Part shown: in pieces, positions 1-9,640 of the stretch
Numbering within the stretch: position 1 is the stretch's first letter
Layout of the letters: every line of letters starts with the position of its first letter
Assembly (NCBI GenBank): GCA_963422635.1
Contig: OY730415.1
Span: 1,073,231-1,137,230 of the forward strand
From: Dehalococcoidia bacterium
GTDB taxonomy: Bacteria > Chloroflexota > Dehalococcoidia > Lucifugimonadales > UBA3495
Length of the DNA: 64,000 nt
Direction of reading: 5' to 3'
Position numbers and translations under genes: made by a program
The notes under the pieces: model-generated
Told to the model about the DNA's origin: nothing
Seen by the model: the letters and a program-made list of their open reading frames with translations, nothing else
Databases searched by the model: none

Positions 1-198
1 ATGCGGGCGGAGACCTTGAAGTTTACGCCCATGGCGATGCTCAGCCGCTCGGTGGCCGGCGCCCGAGGCAATACCCTGATAATCACCCTGCCGGGCAGCC
101 CCAAAGGCGTGGCCGAAACCCTGGAAGTAGTCAAGCCGGTATTGCCTCACGCCCTGGAACTGCTCCGCCGCAAGTCGGTGCAGGAGCATCCGGTTTAG
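1..198 (+). CDS. MogA/MoaB-family molybdenum cofactor biosynthesis protein, C-terminal fragment (5' end outside window)
   Basis: ORF is open to the window edge. NTLIITLPGSPKGVAETLE resembles the conserved LPGSPK segment of MoaB/MogA proteins. Confidence 0.6.
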   Translation: MRAETLKFTPMAMLSRSVAGARGNTLIITLPGSPKGVAETLEVVKPVLPHALELLRRKSVQEHPV

Positions 199-270
199 AC
201 TGGCCCCAGGAGTCGTCCATTATACTCCAGGCTTTGACCTACTTTCCATTTTCCAGGAGGAGCAGCCTCG

Positions 271-636
271 ATGAATCACCCCCCGGCAAACACCGATGCA
301 GTTTATTGGCCTCGGGTCAAGGAGCTCCTGGAAAACGTTATGGAACGCTGGAAGGAGCGTTGGGGCCGGGAACCCTACCCAGGCATTCACGAATACTACT
401 GGGAAACCCCCCAGGCCCTGGCCGAGGCGGTGCTGAACGGTTTCCGGGCGATTGAACCCGGCGTCCCCGGACGGGAAACCAACCTGGTGCGCTCCTTGGA
501 CCGCGCCATTGGCACCTTCGGCAAAATGCCCTTGCGCGGCCCCTTCCTTACCCGTGCCGAGGTGAACGAAATAGCTGTCTGGATTGACGCCGGTATGCCG
601 GAAGGGCCGGGAGAGGAAATAGCTAGGCTCGGTTGA
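271..636 (+). CDS. hypothetical protein (121 aa)
   Basis: ATG ORF with coding-like composition, followed by a strong hairpin. No family recognised with confidence. Confidence 0.5.
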   Translation: MNHPPANTDAVYWPRVKELLENVMERWKERWGREPYPGIHEYYWETPQALAEAVLNGFRAIEPGVPGRETNLVRSLDRAIGTFGKMPLRGPFLTRAEVNEIAVWIDAGMPEGPGEEIARLG

Positions 637-789
637 CATTTCCCGTCCTTCCAGCGCCGAAATGAATAACTGAGGAGGGTAAAAGCTCCGAACGCCAGGT
701 ATTCTCGACGGGCGGCGGCAACGCCATCGGAAGATCCCAGCGGAAGCGGGAATCACGAATTCGGATGAGTTTACCCAAGGGGATCAGGA

Positions 790-826
790 AAGGGGCGTAC
801 TTTTAGTAAGTACGCCCCTTAATTTT
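790..826. terminator. intrinsic-terminator-like hairpin between convergent genes
   Basis: 13-bp perfect stem AAGGGGCGTACTT / AAGTACGCCCCTT with a 5-nt loop, followed by AATTTTT. Confidence 0.7.
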
Positions 827-867
827 TGCCGAGCTGGGCGGGTGAATTACCGCCGAAGGGGGGTAGA

Positions 868-1872
868 TTAAACCAGCGCCGGCTCCTTAACTTTGCGGTA
901 AACCTGGATGCGGCCGCGGGTGTGGTCGAGGACGCAAATGCGGCCCTGGCCGTCAATCTTTACGGCGCAGGGATGGGCAAAGTTCTTCTCGTAGCCGGGG
1001 TTGTTGGCATAAGCCAAGGCCCGCTGCCGAATCATATCCGGGTTGGACATCAGCTTATCCTTCCCCCACTGGGACATCACGTGGTCTCCGACCAATTGGG
1101 TGAGGAAGCGTCCATCCGGGGCCAGAATCTGTACCCGGTTGTTGAGCCAGTCGGCGATGTAGATATCGCCCTCGGCGTCCACCGCCACGCCGTTAGGCCG
1201 GTTGAACTCGCCGACATCGCTGCCGGAGCGGCCAAAACTGGCCTGCCACTGGCCGTCGGCAGTAAAGGCTTGAACCCGGTCGTTTCGCCAGTCGGCCACG
1301 TAAACCAGCCCGTCCTGGCCCAAGGCGATGCCCCAAGGCAGGTCAAACTCGCCAGAGCCTTTGCCGGGCCGACCGAACTGGCCCAAATACTTGCCGTCCA
1401 AGGTGAACTTCTGCACCCGGCCGTTGCGGCTGTCGGTGATATATACGGTCTGGTCATCGCTGATGGCGATGCCGGCGGGCCGGTTCAGTTCGCCGTCGCC
1501 GGTTCCGGCGACGCCCCACTTACCCAGAAACTCGCCGTCCCGAGTAAAGATACTGACCCGGTTCAGCCATTCATCAGTGATATACAGCTGGTCGTCCTGG
1601 TCAGTGGCGATTCCCGAGGGCCAGATAAAGTTGCCGTCTTCCTCGCCATAGGCGCCGAACTCGCTGATGTATTCTTCATCGAGGGTACACGCGGTAACCC
1701 GGACCCCGTCGGGGCGGTTCTCATAAGAACGGTTAAGCACGTAGGCTACTCCGTCGGAGTCCAGGGCAAAATCCACCGGGTTACGAAACCCGGTGCCGGC
1801 GAATTCGTTACGGCCAACGGAGTGGCTGTATTCGAAAGTCCGGCTGGTAAGCCCAAAGAAATGGGTGCTCAT
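868..1872 (-). CDS. NHL-repeat beta-propeller protein (cassette copy 1)
   Basis: 334-aa ORF with about six repeats of the type G.GDGEF..P.GIA.D..G.IYVAD..N.RVQ.F. No signal peptide. Confidence 0.85.
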   Translation of the reverse strand: MSTHFFGLTSRTFEYSHSVGRNEFAGTGFRNPVDFALDSDGVAYVLNRSYENRPDGVRVTACTLDEEYISEFGAYGEEDGNFIWPSGIATDQDDQLYITDEWLNRVSIFTRDGEFLGKWGVAGTGDGELNRPAGIAISDDQTVYITDSRNGRVQKFTLDGKYLGQFGRPGKGSGEFDLPWGIALGQDGLVYVADWRNDRVQAFTADGQWQASFGRSGSDVGEFNRPNGVAVDAEGDIYIADWLNNRVQILAPDGRFLTQLVGDHVMSQWGKDKLMSNPDMIRQRALAYANNPGYEKNFAHPCAVKIDGQGRICVLDHTRGRIQVYRKVKEPALV

Positions 1873-2004
1873 GCTCTTACCTCATCATTTTACTGTTGTT
1901 TGTAAGGCTTCCGATATTTTCGGTGCTTTCGGACCGCTCCGGGGCGCTTCCCGCAAAGCGGGCCGGCCGCCGGAGCAACTCAATTTTACGAAAGCAGGGA
2001 AGGG

Positions 2005-3141
2005 TTAAAGGAACTTCACCTTCTCATAGCTGCCGCCAACGATGGCTTGGGCGTCCATCTTGAACCAGTCCTCGATGATGGTGGTGTAGATGGAGCGGAA
2101 GTCCATATTGTAGCGAAGATTGCCGCCCTCTTCCTGCTGGCTCGGCTCCAGGGAGGGGTACTCGCCGTAGATGCCGCCCTTAACGTGGTCGCCGATGGCG
2201 AAGGCGATGCCGCCGGCGCCGTGGTCGGTGCCGGAGCCGTTGTCGCCGATGCGCCGACCAAACTCGGTGAACATCAACAGCAGGACGTTATCGTTGGCGT
2301 TGTGGTCTTTCAGGTCGGCCATAAAGGTATCCACGTTGTTGGACACATCCGACCACAGGCCGGAGTGCAAGGATGCCTGGTTAGCGTGGGTATCGAAGCT
2401 GTTATAGGGCGACGTGGTATAGAGAACCCGGCTGCCGAACTCGGCCAGATGGGTCTGGGCGATATTTTTCATGTACTGGCCGACCACCGTGGCCGAATAC
2501 TCCACGTTGGAAGTATATTTGTCCGGGGCGGTCGCCAGGATGTCGGCGCCTTTGAGAGCGTTGGTGCCCGTGCTGTGGATGTAATCCAGGACGGCGCTGC
2601 GCCCGACGGCCGGCGAATACATTCGCCCGAAAACGTCCAACGCCTGGTCCCGCTGGTTCTCCCCTTCGATGCCGGTCAGCAGGCCGTAGGTCTCCAGGTT
2701 GCCCACGGAAGCGACCGGCACGCCATCCATCACCAGGGCGCGGGGCAGGCCGCGACCGAAGTTCACGCCGGTAAGCACGTTCTCCGCTTGGGGGTCCATT
2801 TCCTTGAGCGCTCGGCCCAGCCAGCCTTCGGTGCCAATTTTATCCGGCTCGCAAGTATGCCAGATGTCCATCGAGCGGAAGTGAGAATAGCTGGGGTTGT
2901 CATAGCCCACGCCCAAGAAAATAGCCAGCTTCCCCTCGTCCCAGAACCGCTTCAACGGCCCCATAGTAGGGTGAAAACCCAGCTGGTCGTTAAGGGGGAT
3001 AACCTGGCCTTCGGGAATGCCCAGGTTGGGCCGGTAGTCCCGATACAGCGGGTTGGCATAGGGAATCACGGTGTTCAGGCCGTCATTGCCGCCCGAAAGG
3101 GAAAGAACGGCCAGTACCGGGTCTTTCTGCGTAGAAACCAT
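2005..3141 (-). CDS. DUF1501 family protein (sulfatase/alkaline-phosphatase-like fold), cassette copy 1
   Basis: Motifs LSGGNDGLNT, SHFRSMDIWHT, FDTHANQ and TEFGRR..DNGSGTDHG. Start set at the internal ATG (MVSTQKDP) to avoid overlap with the upstream gene. No Tat or Sec signal. Confidence 0.85.
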   Translation of the reverse strand: MVSTQKDPVLAVLSLSGGNDGLNTVIPYANPLYRDYRPNLGIPEGQVIPLNDQLGFHPTMGPLKRFWDEGKLAIFLGVGYDNPSYSHFRSMDIWHTCEPDKIGTEGWLGRALKEMDPQAENVLTGVNFGRGLPRALVMDGVPVASVGNLETYGLLTGIEGENQRDQALDVFGRMYSPAVGRSAVLDYIHSTGTNALKGADILATAPDKYTSNVEYSATVVGQYMKNIAQTHLAEFGSRVLYTTSPYNSFDTHANQASLHSGLWSDVSNNVDTFMADLKDHNANDNVLLLMFTEFGRRIGDNGSGTDHGAGGIAFAIGDHVKGGIYGEYPSLEPSQQEEGGNLRYNMDFRSIYTTIIEDWFKMDAQAIVGGSYEKVKFL

Positions 3142-3163
3142 GTTCTCTTCTCCTGCAACTAGA

Positions 3164-4588
3164 TTACTCGAACTGGAACTCTGCCGTGGCGGCAATCATC
3201 TGGAACATTTCGCCGGTGCGGCGGGCAAATTCGGCCCGTTCCGCCGCGCTGCTGTGACTCAAGTCGCCGCCCTTTACTGCGTGGGAGCGCAACTCGTTCA
3301 GGGTGTCGTCGGTAACAGTCAGCGGGCCGGTCAAGTCCAGGCAGCCATCAACAAACTGGTCTGGCGTCAAGGTGTCGCCCCGGGCCATCAGCCGGTTAAC
3401 CAGCGACTGCACCCCCGGAAGCTCGGTGTTGCCTAGCAGGTCGGAGGCGAAGTTGATGCGCTCCACCAGCGTGCCGCTGTCAATCCATTCGCGGCCGGTA
3501 TGCCAGCCTTCCACCGTCGGGGGGTTCATCAGGTCCATACCCATATACTTGGGCTCTTGGGAAAGTTCAAACAGGCCCGGCTGGATTTCCCGATGTTCGT
3601 TCACCATCCGCAGCGTGCTAATTACCATCTCTGCCGGGTTCTTAACCTTGGCGTAACGGACTCCCTCCGCCTTGAAGAAATCGGACTTGAACAGAACCCG
3701 CAGCATGGCGCTGATCTCGTAACCGGAGTCGAAGTAGGCTTGCTCCAGCGCTTCGATGGCGGCTACATCCGCCGGCGGGGTCAGCCGCCAAGCGGGAACC
3801 TGCACGTCGTCGGCGACGAAGTAGTTATAGAGGTGGCGGGCCAGGAAGCGGGCGGTGGCCGGTTGTTTGACGATAATGTTCAGCACGTCGTCGCCATTAA
3901 AGTTGCCGGTCTCGCCCAAGAAGGTCTTTTCGCTGTCGTCGTGGTCGGCCGGGTCAAACCGGAAAGACCAGGGGCTGCGGCCATAGGGGAAGGGCGGGTA
4001 GGGCGGCGCGATGTTCCAGCCGGTGAAGGCCCGGGCGCAAGCCTTAACGTCATCCTCGGAATAGTTAAACTCCTCGTCCTTGCCCACGCCCAGGGAGAAC
4101 AGTTCCAGCAGCTCCCGGCCATAGTTCTCGTTCAGGGCCTCCTTGTGGCTCTCGCTGTTGTCCAGGTAATAAACCATCGCCGGGCTGGTAGAAAGGCGAT
4201 AAAGCAGGTTGCGGAAGTTGCCCATGCCGTGATCCCTGAACATCTGAATCATCCGGCCCATTTCCTGTCCGCTGTCAATCTTGCTGTGGCCGGCGCAGAA
4301 AATCATGTGCCAGAAGAGAGCCATCTTTTCCTGCAACTGGCGGGGATTGTTAATCATTCGATAGACCCACGCCTGAATGTTGGTCTCGATGGCCGCCGCC
4401 TCGTGATAGGCCGGCTGATAGCGCATCAGCAGGTCATCCTCAATGCCGGGGTTGTCCAGAGGGTTCAGCAATTCTTCCACTACGTTGTCATACCCTTGGG
4501 CGACTTTGGCTTCAATCTCGTCGCGGCTTGCCCCGAAGCCGGCGCGCCGCAGCAAGTGAGCCATCAATGCGACATCTTGGTCAGCCAT
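3164..4588 (-). CDS. DUF1800 family protein, cassette copy 1
   Basis: N-terminus MADQDVALMAHLLRRAGFGA and ...PPTVEGWHTG..WI.SGTL..R are typical of DUF1800. It lies immediately upstream of DUF1501, the usual pairing. Confidence 0.85.
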   Translation of the reverse strand: MADQDVALMAHLLRRAGFGASRDEIEAKVAQGYDNVVEELLNPLDNPGIEDDLLMRYQPAYHEAAAIETNIQAWVYRMINNPRQLQEKMALFWHMIFCAGHSKIDSGQEMGRMIQMFRDHGMGNFRNLLYRLSTSPAMVYYLDNSESHKEALNENYGRELLELFSLGVGKDEEFNYSEDDVKACARAFTGWNIAPPYPPFPYGRSPWSFRFDPADHDDSEKTFLGETGNFNGDDVLNIIVKQPATARFLARHLYNYFVADDVQVPAWRLTPPADVAAIEALEQAYFDSGYEISAMLRVLFKSDFFKAEGVRYAKVKNPAEMVISTLRMVNEHREIQPGLFELSQEPKYMGMDLMNPPTVEGWHTGREWIDSGTLVERINFASDLLGNTELPGVQSLVNRLMARGDTLTPDQFVDGCLDLTGPLTVTDDTLNELRSHAVKGGDLSHSSAAERAEFARRTGEMFQMIAATAEFQFE

Positions 4589-4883
4589 ACAATCCTCCCT
4601 TTACTTGCTTTTTGTTTACATTTACGACCGGCCCCGCCGGTCCGCCCCGTTTGGTTATTGATTGCCCCGCCGGCCCTAGCTGGAACAGCTCCAAAACGGC
4701 CATTGTTTGGCATCAATTATAAGGTAGGAATAAGATAACGCAAAGGGTTTGCGCTGTCAAGATTCGCCGGCCCGGCCCGCCTGCCTGGATAACGGGGCCG
4801 CCATTTGACCAGACGGGAGCCAATCGGGTATTTAAGGCCGGGCCGCCCCTTCCAATTATCCAGGCAGCTCCCCTTGGGGTCGG

Positions 4884-6169
4884 TTATTTGCCCCACACCG
4901 ACATTGAATGGTCCTGGGATATGTATTCACCGTCCTTGCCCCGAGGATAGGCGAGGCCCAAAGAGACCGCGCCCGGGGCGCAGCCGACAATAGTTACCGT
5001 ATCGCCGGGGCCGAGAAGTCGGCCCTCCTCATCGCCCCCGGGACACCGGTCAAAAGCGATATTGCCAGCATCCGAAAGCCAGGGGGCGTGGTTGACAATC
5101 ACCCGAACGCCCGGCGGGTTTGGCAGTAGGCTGTTCAACGTAAAAACCCGGGATTGTCCCACCTTCAGCGCGGACGGCGGCGGCGTCAGGCTGACTCGAA
5201 AAGGACGGGGTTCCCCCACTTCGATGCGGAAGGGTCGCACCTGTTTAGCGCCCGCGTACAGGTCGGCCCATGCCTCGCCTGGGGAACAGCGTGACTGCAT
5301 CCATCATATAAGCTCAACTCCCGTCGGCCCATGCCTCGCCTGGGGAACAGGCGGTAATGGTTACCATGTCCCCATTATGGTAAGTCCCCCCTTCCCCGAT
5401 GGCCCCGGGGCAATTACCGAGGGACAAGTTGCCCGCATCCCCCGGGCGATTGAGGCTCAAACGCGCTCCCGGCGGGTCGGGGAGGTTAGTATGTATGATA
5501 AACTCCTTCGATTGTCCAACTTCGGGGTACCATATAGGCCGCCATTTGGAGTCGCAATCGGGTGGGCAGGGCGCCGATAGGGGGACCGGCGGCCCTTCAA
5601 TGCTTGTAACCCCCTCTTGCCTAGACAACTCGCCCAACAAAGCGACGGGCGCATAGAGGCGTAAGCTGCCGGTGAGCCAATAATCCCCGGCGGGATATTC
5701 ATATATTCCCTGGGGATAAAGCTTTTTCCCTTCCAGCCATTCAACCACCTTTTCCAGGTTGCTGGTCAGGTAAACTTTGACATTTTGATGGGCCGGTTCC
5801 AGATAAGCGTCCTCAGCCAAACGAGGATAGTACCCCTGCTCCAGCGCCAACACTAGATATTCCAGGTCAGTATCCAGGCCGGGATAAGTAGGCGTAGGTT
5901 TGGGGTAATCAGTAAAACAGTCCTCTTCGAACCGAAAAGAGCCATCTTCCAGCTTCCTTACCCCCCCGATGCATGTAGTAGGAAGCGGAGTTGAAGCAAC
6001 GACCGGCGTTTCGGCCAAAGATGCGCCGCCTTTGAGGACGCCGCTGGGTTGGATGGACTGCCGGGCCGCAACTAATCGCCGCCAACAGCAGCGCGGACGG
6101 CAAGAGTAGTAAGGGAAGAAGGTAGCGTAATAGCCCGCCGTTTTCTTTTAACCTGAGGATTGAAAGCAT
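4884..6169 (-). pseudogene. lipoprotein gene with two similar Cys-containing modules, disrupted twice
   Basis: A signal peptide with lipobox (MLSILRL...LLAAISCG) is in one frame (start 6169/6184). The body (5314-6018) is in the +1 frame. The body is then cut by a 61-nt insertion at 5290-5350, leaving the tail as ORF 4884-5300. Confidence 0.6.
5262..5350 (-). repeat. repeat-insert-repeat unit S1 (28-nt direct repeat x2 around a 33-nt insert)
   Basis: Identical 28-mers at 5262-5289 and 5323-5350 (minus strand CTGTTCCCCAGGCGAGGCATGGGCCGAC). Period 61. Confidence 0.95.
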
Positions 6170-6329
6170 GCCTTCCCCCACCATGCCTTTACATTTAGAG
6201 TCTATGTTAGCTTACGCCTTGTCATAGCGTCGAGTTAGCATCGGGAGGGCTATTTTTCACCGGTACCAGCGGGGCAATTGCGTTCGGCGCCCTGCCCGCA
6301 AGGCGGAATTAAACTGCTCGCCCGGCAAA

Positions 6330-6416
6330 ACGTCGCCCATCGCCGGGGGGTTAGACTCTGGAGCTATCGCCAACTAGTCGAACTACTATACGTCGCCCAT
6401 CGCCGGGGGTTAGATC
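6330..6416 (-). repeat. repeat-insert-repeat unit S5 (imperfect: 26/25-nt repeat around a 34-nt insert)
   Basis: ACGTCGCCCATCGCCGGGGG(G)TTAGA at 6330-6355 and 6390-6414. The copies differ by one G in the G-run. Intergenic. Confidence 0.7.
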
Positions 6417-6562
6417 CTTCACTGCTTCAGGAGGGGCCGAGGCGCAGGTCAGGGCGACAGCCAGCTTTCCGGGCGGCTGTTGTTTTAGCCGCCCACTCCC
6501 CTGCCGGGACGCCTTCTGGCGCCGCATCTTCCTGTCCCGTCAACTGGGCGGCGGCCCACGCC

Positions 6563-7117
6563 CTAAATGGGCAGCGCCGCCTCGGCGCGCTCCTCGGGCA
6601 GGTCAATCAGGAAGGTGTTGGCGTTAAATGCCAGCAGCGCATAGTATCCCATCAGGGTGCAAAGCTCGGTCAGCCCTTGCGCCCCGAACTGGTCAAGGGC
6701 GGTCTGAAAAGTTTCCTGGCTGACTTTATGGGTCTGGAAAAACTCGGCGGCCAGGCGGACTACCGCCGCCTCGTCGGGAGGCAGGTCGGGCAAGGGCTGA
6801 CCATCCCGCAGGGCATCGACAAAGGCGTCGCTGATTCCCTGTTCCCGGGCCCGGGCGGCGTGGGCGTTCCAGATAAATTGGCAGTCGTGGGCGCGGGCCG
6901 TAACAATCATCGCCAGTTCCTGGATTCTCTTGGGCAGGGCGGATTCGTCCCGCAGGTAGTTGACCAGCGAATTGGCCCGGCGACGCATTTCCGGGCTGTT
7001 AATCATCGCCGAACCGGGGCCGCTGGCAACCACGCCGCCGCTATCGGAAGTTTCGGCGTCGAAGGCGGCGCGCAAATTCTCGGGAACCTGGTCGCGGGTA
7101 ACTATAGGCGTTCGCAT
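6563..7117 (-). CDS. carboxymuconolactone decarboxylase (CMD/AhpD-like) family protein
   Basis: 184-aa ORF. ...TARAHDCQFIWNAHA... matches the family pattern. A paralogue lies at 45399-45950. Confidence 0.8.
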   Translation of the reverse strand: MRTPIVTRDQVPENLRAAFDAETSDSGGVVASGPGSAMINSPEMRRRANSLVNYLRDESALPKRIQELAMIVTARAHDCQFIWNAHAARAREQGISDAFVDALRDGQPLPDLPPDEAAVVRLAAEFFQTHKVSQETFQTALDQFGAQGLTELCTLMGYYALLAFNANTFLIDLPEERAEAALPI

Positions 7118-7422
7118 AACGTTTTCTCCCGGTGAATGAATGATTTGCTGAGGGGTTAGACTGGCTGCTTATGATTCATCATAGGCTGGGGTAATCCGGG
7201 TTGGCAAGGGTTGGGCTAGGATTGGGTCGGAGGCGCGCCCTGCGACTTTTCAAGGAACATCCCGCGAAAATGAACGGCGCCCCACCGTCTTTCCATCTTT
7301 CGCCGGAAAGACGGTGGGGCGGGCAAACTAACCCGGCCTACTTCGGCCAACCCGGTTTGCTTTCCCTGAGCGGCTTTGCTACACTCTGGCTAGTTGCCCA
7401 CTTTCTTAATTGGGGGTTCCTG

Positions 7423-8220
7423 ATGACCTCCGTTTCCGCTGCCTGGAGCGAAGAAACTGTTGCGGTGGCCGGGGCTGATCTGAGCCTGGTCAAGGGCGGT
7501 TCCGGGGAGCCGCTGCTGGTTTTCCACGACGAGATAGCTCATCCGGGTCTGCTGCGTTTTCACCGGGAACTGGCCGAAAGCCACACCCTCTACCTACCGG
7601 CGCATCCCGGCTTTGGCCGCACCCCCCGACTGGACTGGGTAATGAATATGCGCGACTTGGCCGGCTGGTACTTGATGGCGTTGGAGGAGTTGGGGCTGGA
7701 ATCGGTCAACGCCATCGGCTTTTCCCTGGGCGGCTGGCTGGCCGCCGAAATCGCTACCATGTCGCCCCGTCAGTTCAAGAAACTGGCGCTGGTCGCCCCG
7801 CTGGGCATTCGGCCGCCGGAGGGCTACATCTACGATATGTTCCTGTCGGTGGCCCAGGATTGCATCACCACGGCCTTTCACGACCCGGCGAGTACGCCGG
7901 AGTTTACGGAATTGTGCCCCAATACGCCGCCGCCGGAGCAGTCGCAGGGATGGGATGTGGCCCGGGAGGAGGCTTGCCGCTTGGGGTGGAAACCCTATAT
8001 GTATTATCCGGCCCTGCCCCAACTGTTGAGACGGCTCCACCGGCTGCCCACGATGCTAGTTTGGGGGCAGCAGGACGGCATCGTTCCGGTCAGCGCGGCC
8101 CAAGTTTACCACGAGGCTATCCCCGGTTCGCGCCTGGAAATCCTGGACAATTGCGGCCACCTGCCGCAAGTAGAAAAGGCCGACTCTTTTATTGCCTTGG
8201 CCCGGGAGTTTTTCGCCTAG
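7423..8220 (+). CDS. alpha/beta hydrolase
   Basis: Nucleophile elbow GFSLGGW and a C-terminal CGH catalytic-His context. Start set at ATG 7423 (MTSVSAAW), because the upstream part of the long ORF is not coding-like. Confidence 0.8.
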   Translation: MTSVSAAWSEETVAVAGADLSLVKGGSGEPLLVFHDEIAHPGLLRFHRELAESHTLYLPAHPGFGRTPRLDWVMNMRDLAGWYLMALEELGLESVNAIGFSLGGWLAAEIATMSPRQFKKLALVAPLGIRPPEGYIYDMFLSVAQDCITTAFHDPASTPEFTELCPNTPPPEQSQGWDVAREEACRLGWKPYMYYPALPQLLRRLHRLPTMLVWGQQDGIVPVSAAQVYHEAIPGSRLEILDNCGHLPQVEKADSFIALAREFFA

Positions 8221-8282
8221 GTTTCCCCGGGCGCCAGGGGAAGCGGGCCACGGCCCGATTGCAGCGAAGGAGGGAGAACGGG

Positions 8283-9545
8283 ATGTTCGTTGGATACTTT
8301 ACGGAGCGACCCTACCAAGACCCCGGTTCCGGCTACTTCGGCGCCACCGGCAAGCCCATCATGGACTTGATGGTCAGCAACGAAATCTACGACCCCCGGC
8401 TGGGGGCGGAACTCTATAACCGTTACCTGGACGAGAAGCTGTACGCCGAGGAGATGGGGTTCGACGGCCTGATGCTCAACGAGCACCACGGCACCCCTTT
8501 CTGTATGGGCGGGGCGATGAACGTGGAGGCTTCCATCCTGGCGCGAATGACCAACCGGGCCAAGATTGTGCTGTTGGGCAACATCTTGCCCATCTGGGAC
8601 GACCCCCTGTGGCTGGTGGAGCAGCTTTCGATGATTGATATGATTTCCCGGGGCCGGCTGGTGTCCGGCTGGGTGCGCGGCACTGGCCGGGAAAGCGTGG
8701 CCCACAACTCGCCGCCGCCCTATAATTGGGAGCGGTTCCAGGAAGCCCACGAGTTTATCGTTAAAGCTTGGACTACCCCCGGCCCCTTCCGCTGGGAAGG
8801 CAAGCATTACCAGTATCGCCACGTCAACCCCTGGGTGCGCCCCTATCAGGAACCCCATCCTCCTATCTGGCTGCCGGGGGTGGTTAGCCGGGACTCCCTG
8901 CTGTGGGCCGCTGAGAAGCGGATTCCCTACATTATGCTGGCGACGGAGCTGGAACCTACCAAGCGAGCCTTCCAGCTATACCACGACACCGCCGCCGAAC
9001 TGGGCTACCAGTCCGGCTCCCAGAACATCGGCTACCTCTGGAAGGTGCATGTGGATGAGACGGAAGAACTGGCGGAGCAGACGGCCCGCAAATACGTTCA
9101 GGGGCCGAGCAACCCCTTCCTGGCCGGCAACGAAGGCACGGTGAACCCGGCCCTGGTCAACCTTCCCGGCCTGACCTCGCGCTCCCGGGTCTTGCCCACC
9201 CAGGCGGTGGCGACCCAGGCCCGGGGCGGTGGCGGCGGCGCCGCCGGCGTGTTGGGGCGCCCCTATGAGCAGCAAATTGAGGACTATACTATTATCGCCG
9301 GAACGCCCAAGACGGTTTTGCCCAAGATTCGTCACGTGCTGGAATACATCCGCCCCGGCAGCATCTTTTTCTGGGACGGCGACGGCGCTATGACCCACGA
9401 TGACGCTATGCGCAGCCTCCGGCTGATGGGCCAGGAGATACTCCCGGCGGTCAAGGAAATGGCGAAGGAACTGGAACTGCCCGGCCCCTTTGAGCTGGAC
9501 CCGGCTACCGGGAAAGAAATTCCCCAGCCAACGGAGATAAGCTAG
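8283..9545 (+). CDS. LLM-class (luciferase-like) flavin-dependent oxidoreductase
   Basis: MFVGYFTERPYQ..., GFDGLMLNEHHG and SGWVRG are typical of the LLM family. AGGAGGGAG lies upstream of ATG 8283. Confidence 0.85.
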   Translation: MFVGYFTERPYQDPGSGYFGATGKPIMDLMVSNEIYDPRLGAELYNRYLDEKLYAEEMGFDGLMLNEHHGTPFCMGGAMNVEASILARMTNRAKIVLLGNILPIWDDPLWLVEQLSMIDMISRGRLVSGWVRGTGRESVAHNSPPPYNWERFQEAHEFIVKAWTTPGPFRWEGKHYQYRHVNPWVRPYQEPHPPIWLPGVVSRDSLLWAAEKRIPYIMLATELEPTKRAFQLYHDTAAELGYQSGSQNIGYLWKVHVDETEELAEQTARKYVQGPSNPFLAGNEGTVNPALVNLPGLTSRSRVLPTQAVATQARGGGGGAAGVLGRPYEQQIEDYTIIAGTPKTVLPKIRHVLEYIRPGSIFFWDGDGAMTHDDAMRSLRLMGQEILPAVKEMAKELELPGPFELDPATGKEIPQPTEIS

Positions 9546-9640
9546 TGATAGCACCCGGCTTTTGTCGGCCTTGGGGCATTCAGCTGAACGCCTCCTCCAG
9601 CCGCTGGACGCCCTTGGTTTAAGCGAATTTCGCCCTTGGG

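Noticed and set aside
826-1905. 359-aa plus-strand ORF
   Set aside because: It is antisense to the NHL-repeat gene, with a Gly/Ala/Val-rich translation typical of a high-GC shadow ORF.
2047-3162. 371-aa plus-strand ORF
   Set aside because: It is antisense shadow of the DUF1501 gene, with no recognisable motifs.
3500-4738. 412-aa plus-strand ORF
   Set aside because: It is antisense shadow of the DUF1800 gene.
6278-7135. 285-aa plus-strand ORF
   Set aside because: It is antisense to the CMD-family gene, and its 5' part only spans the intergenic repeat unit.
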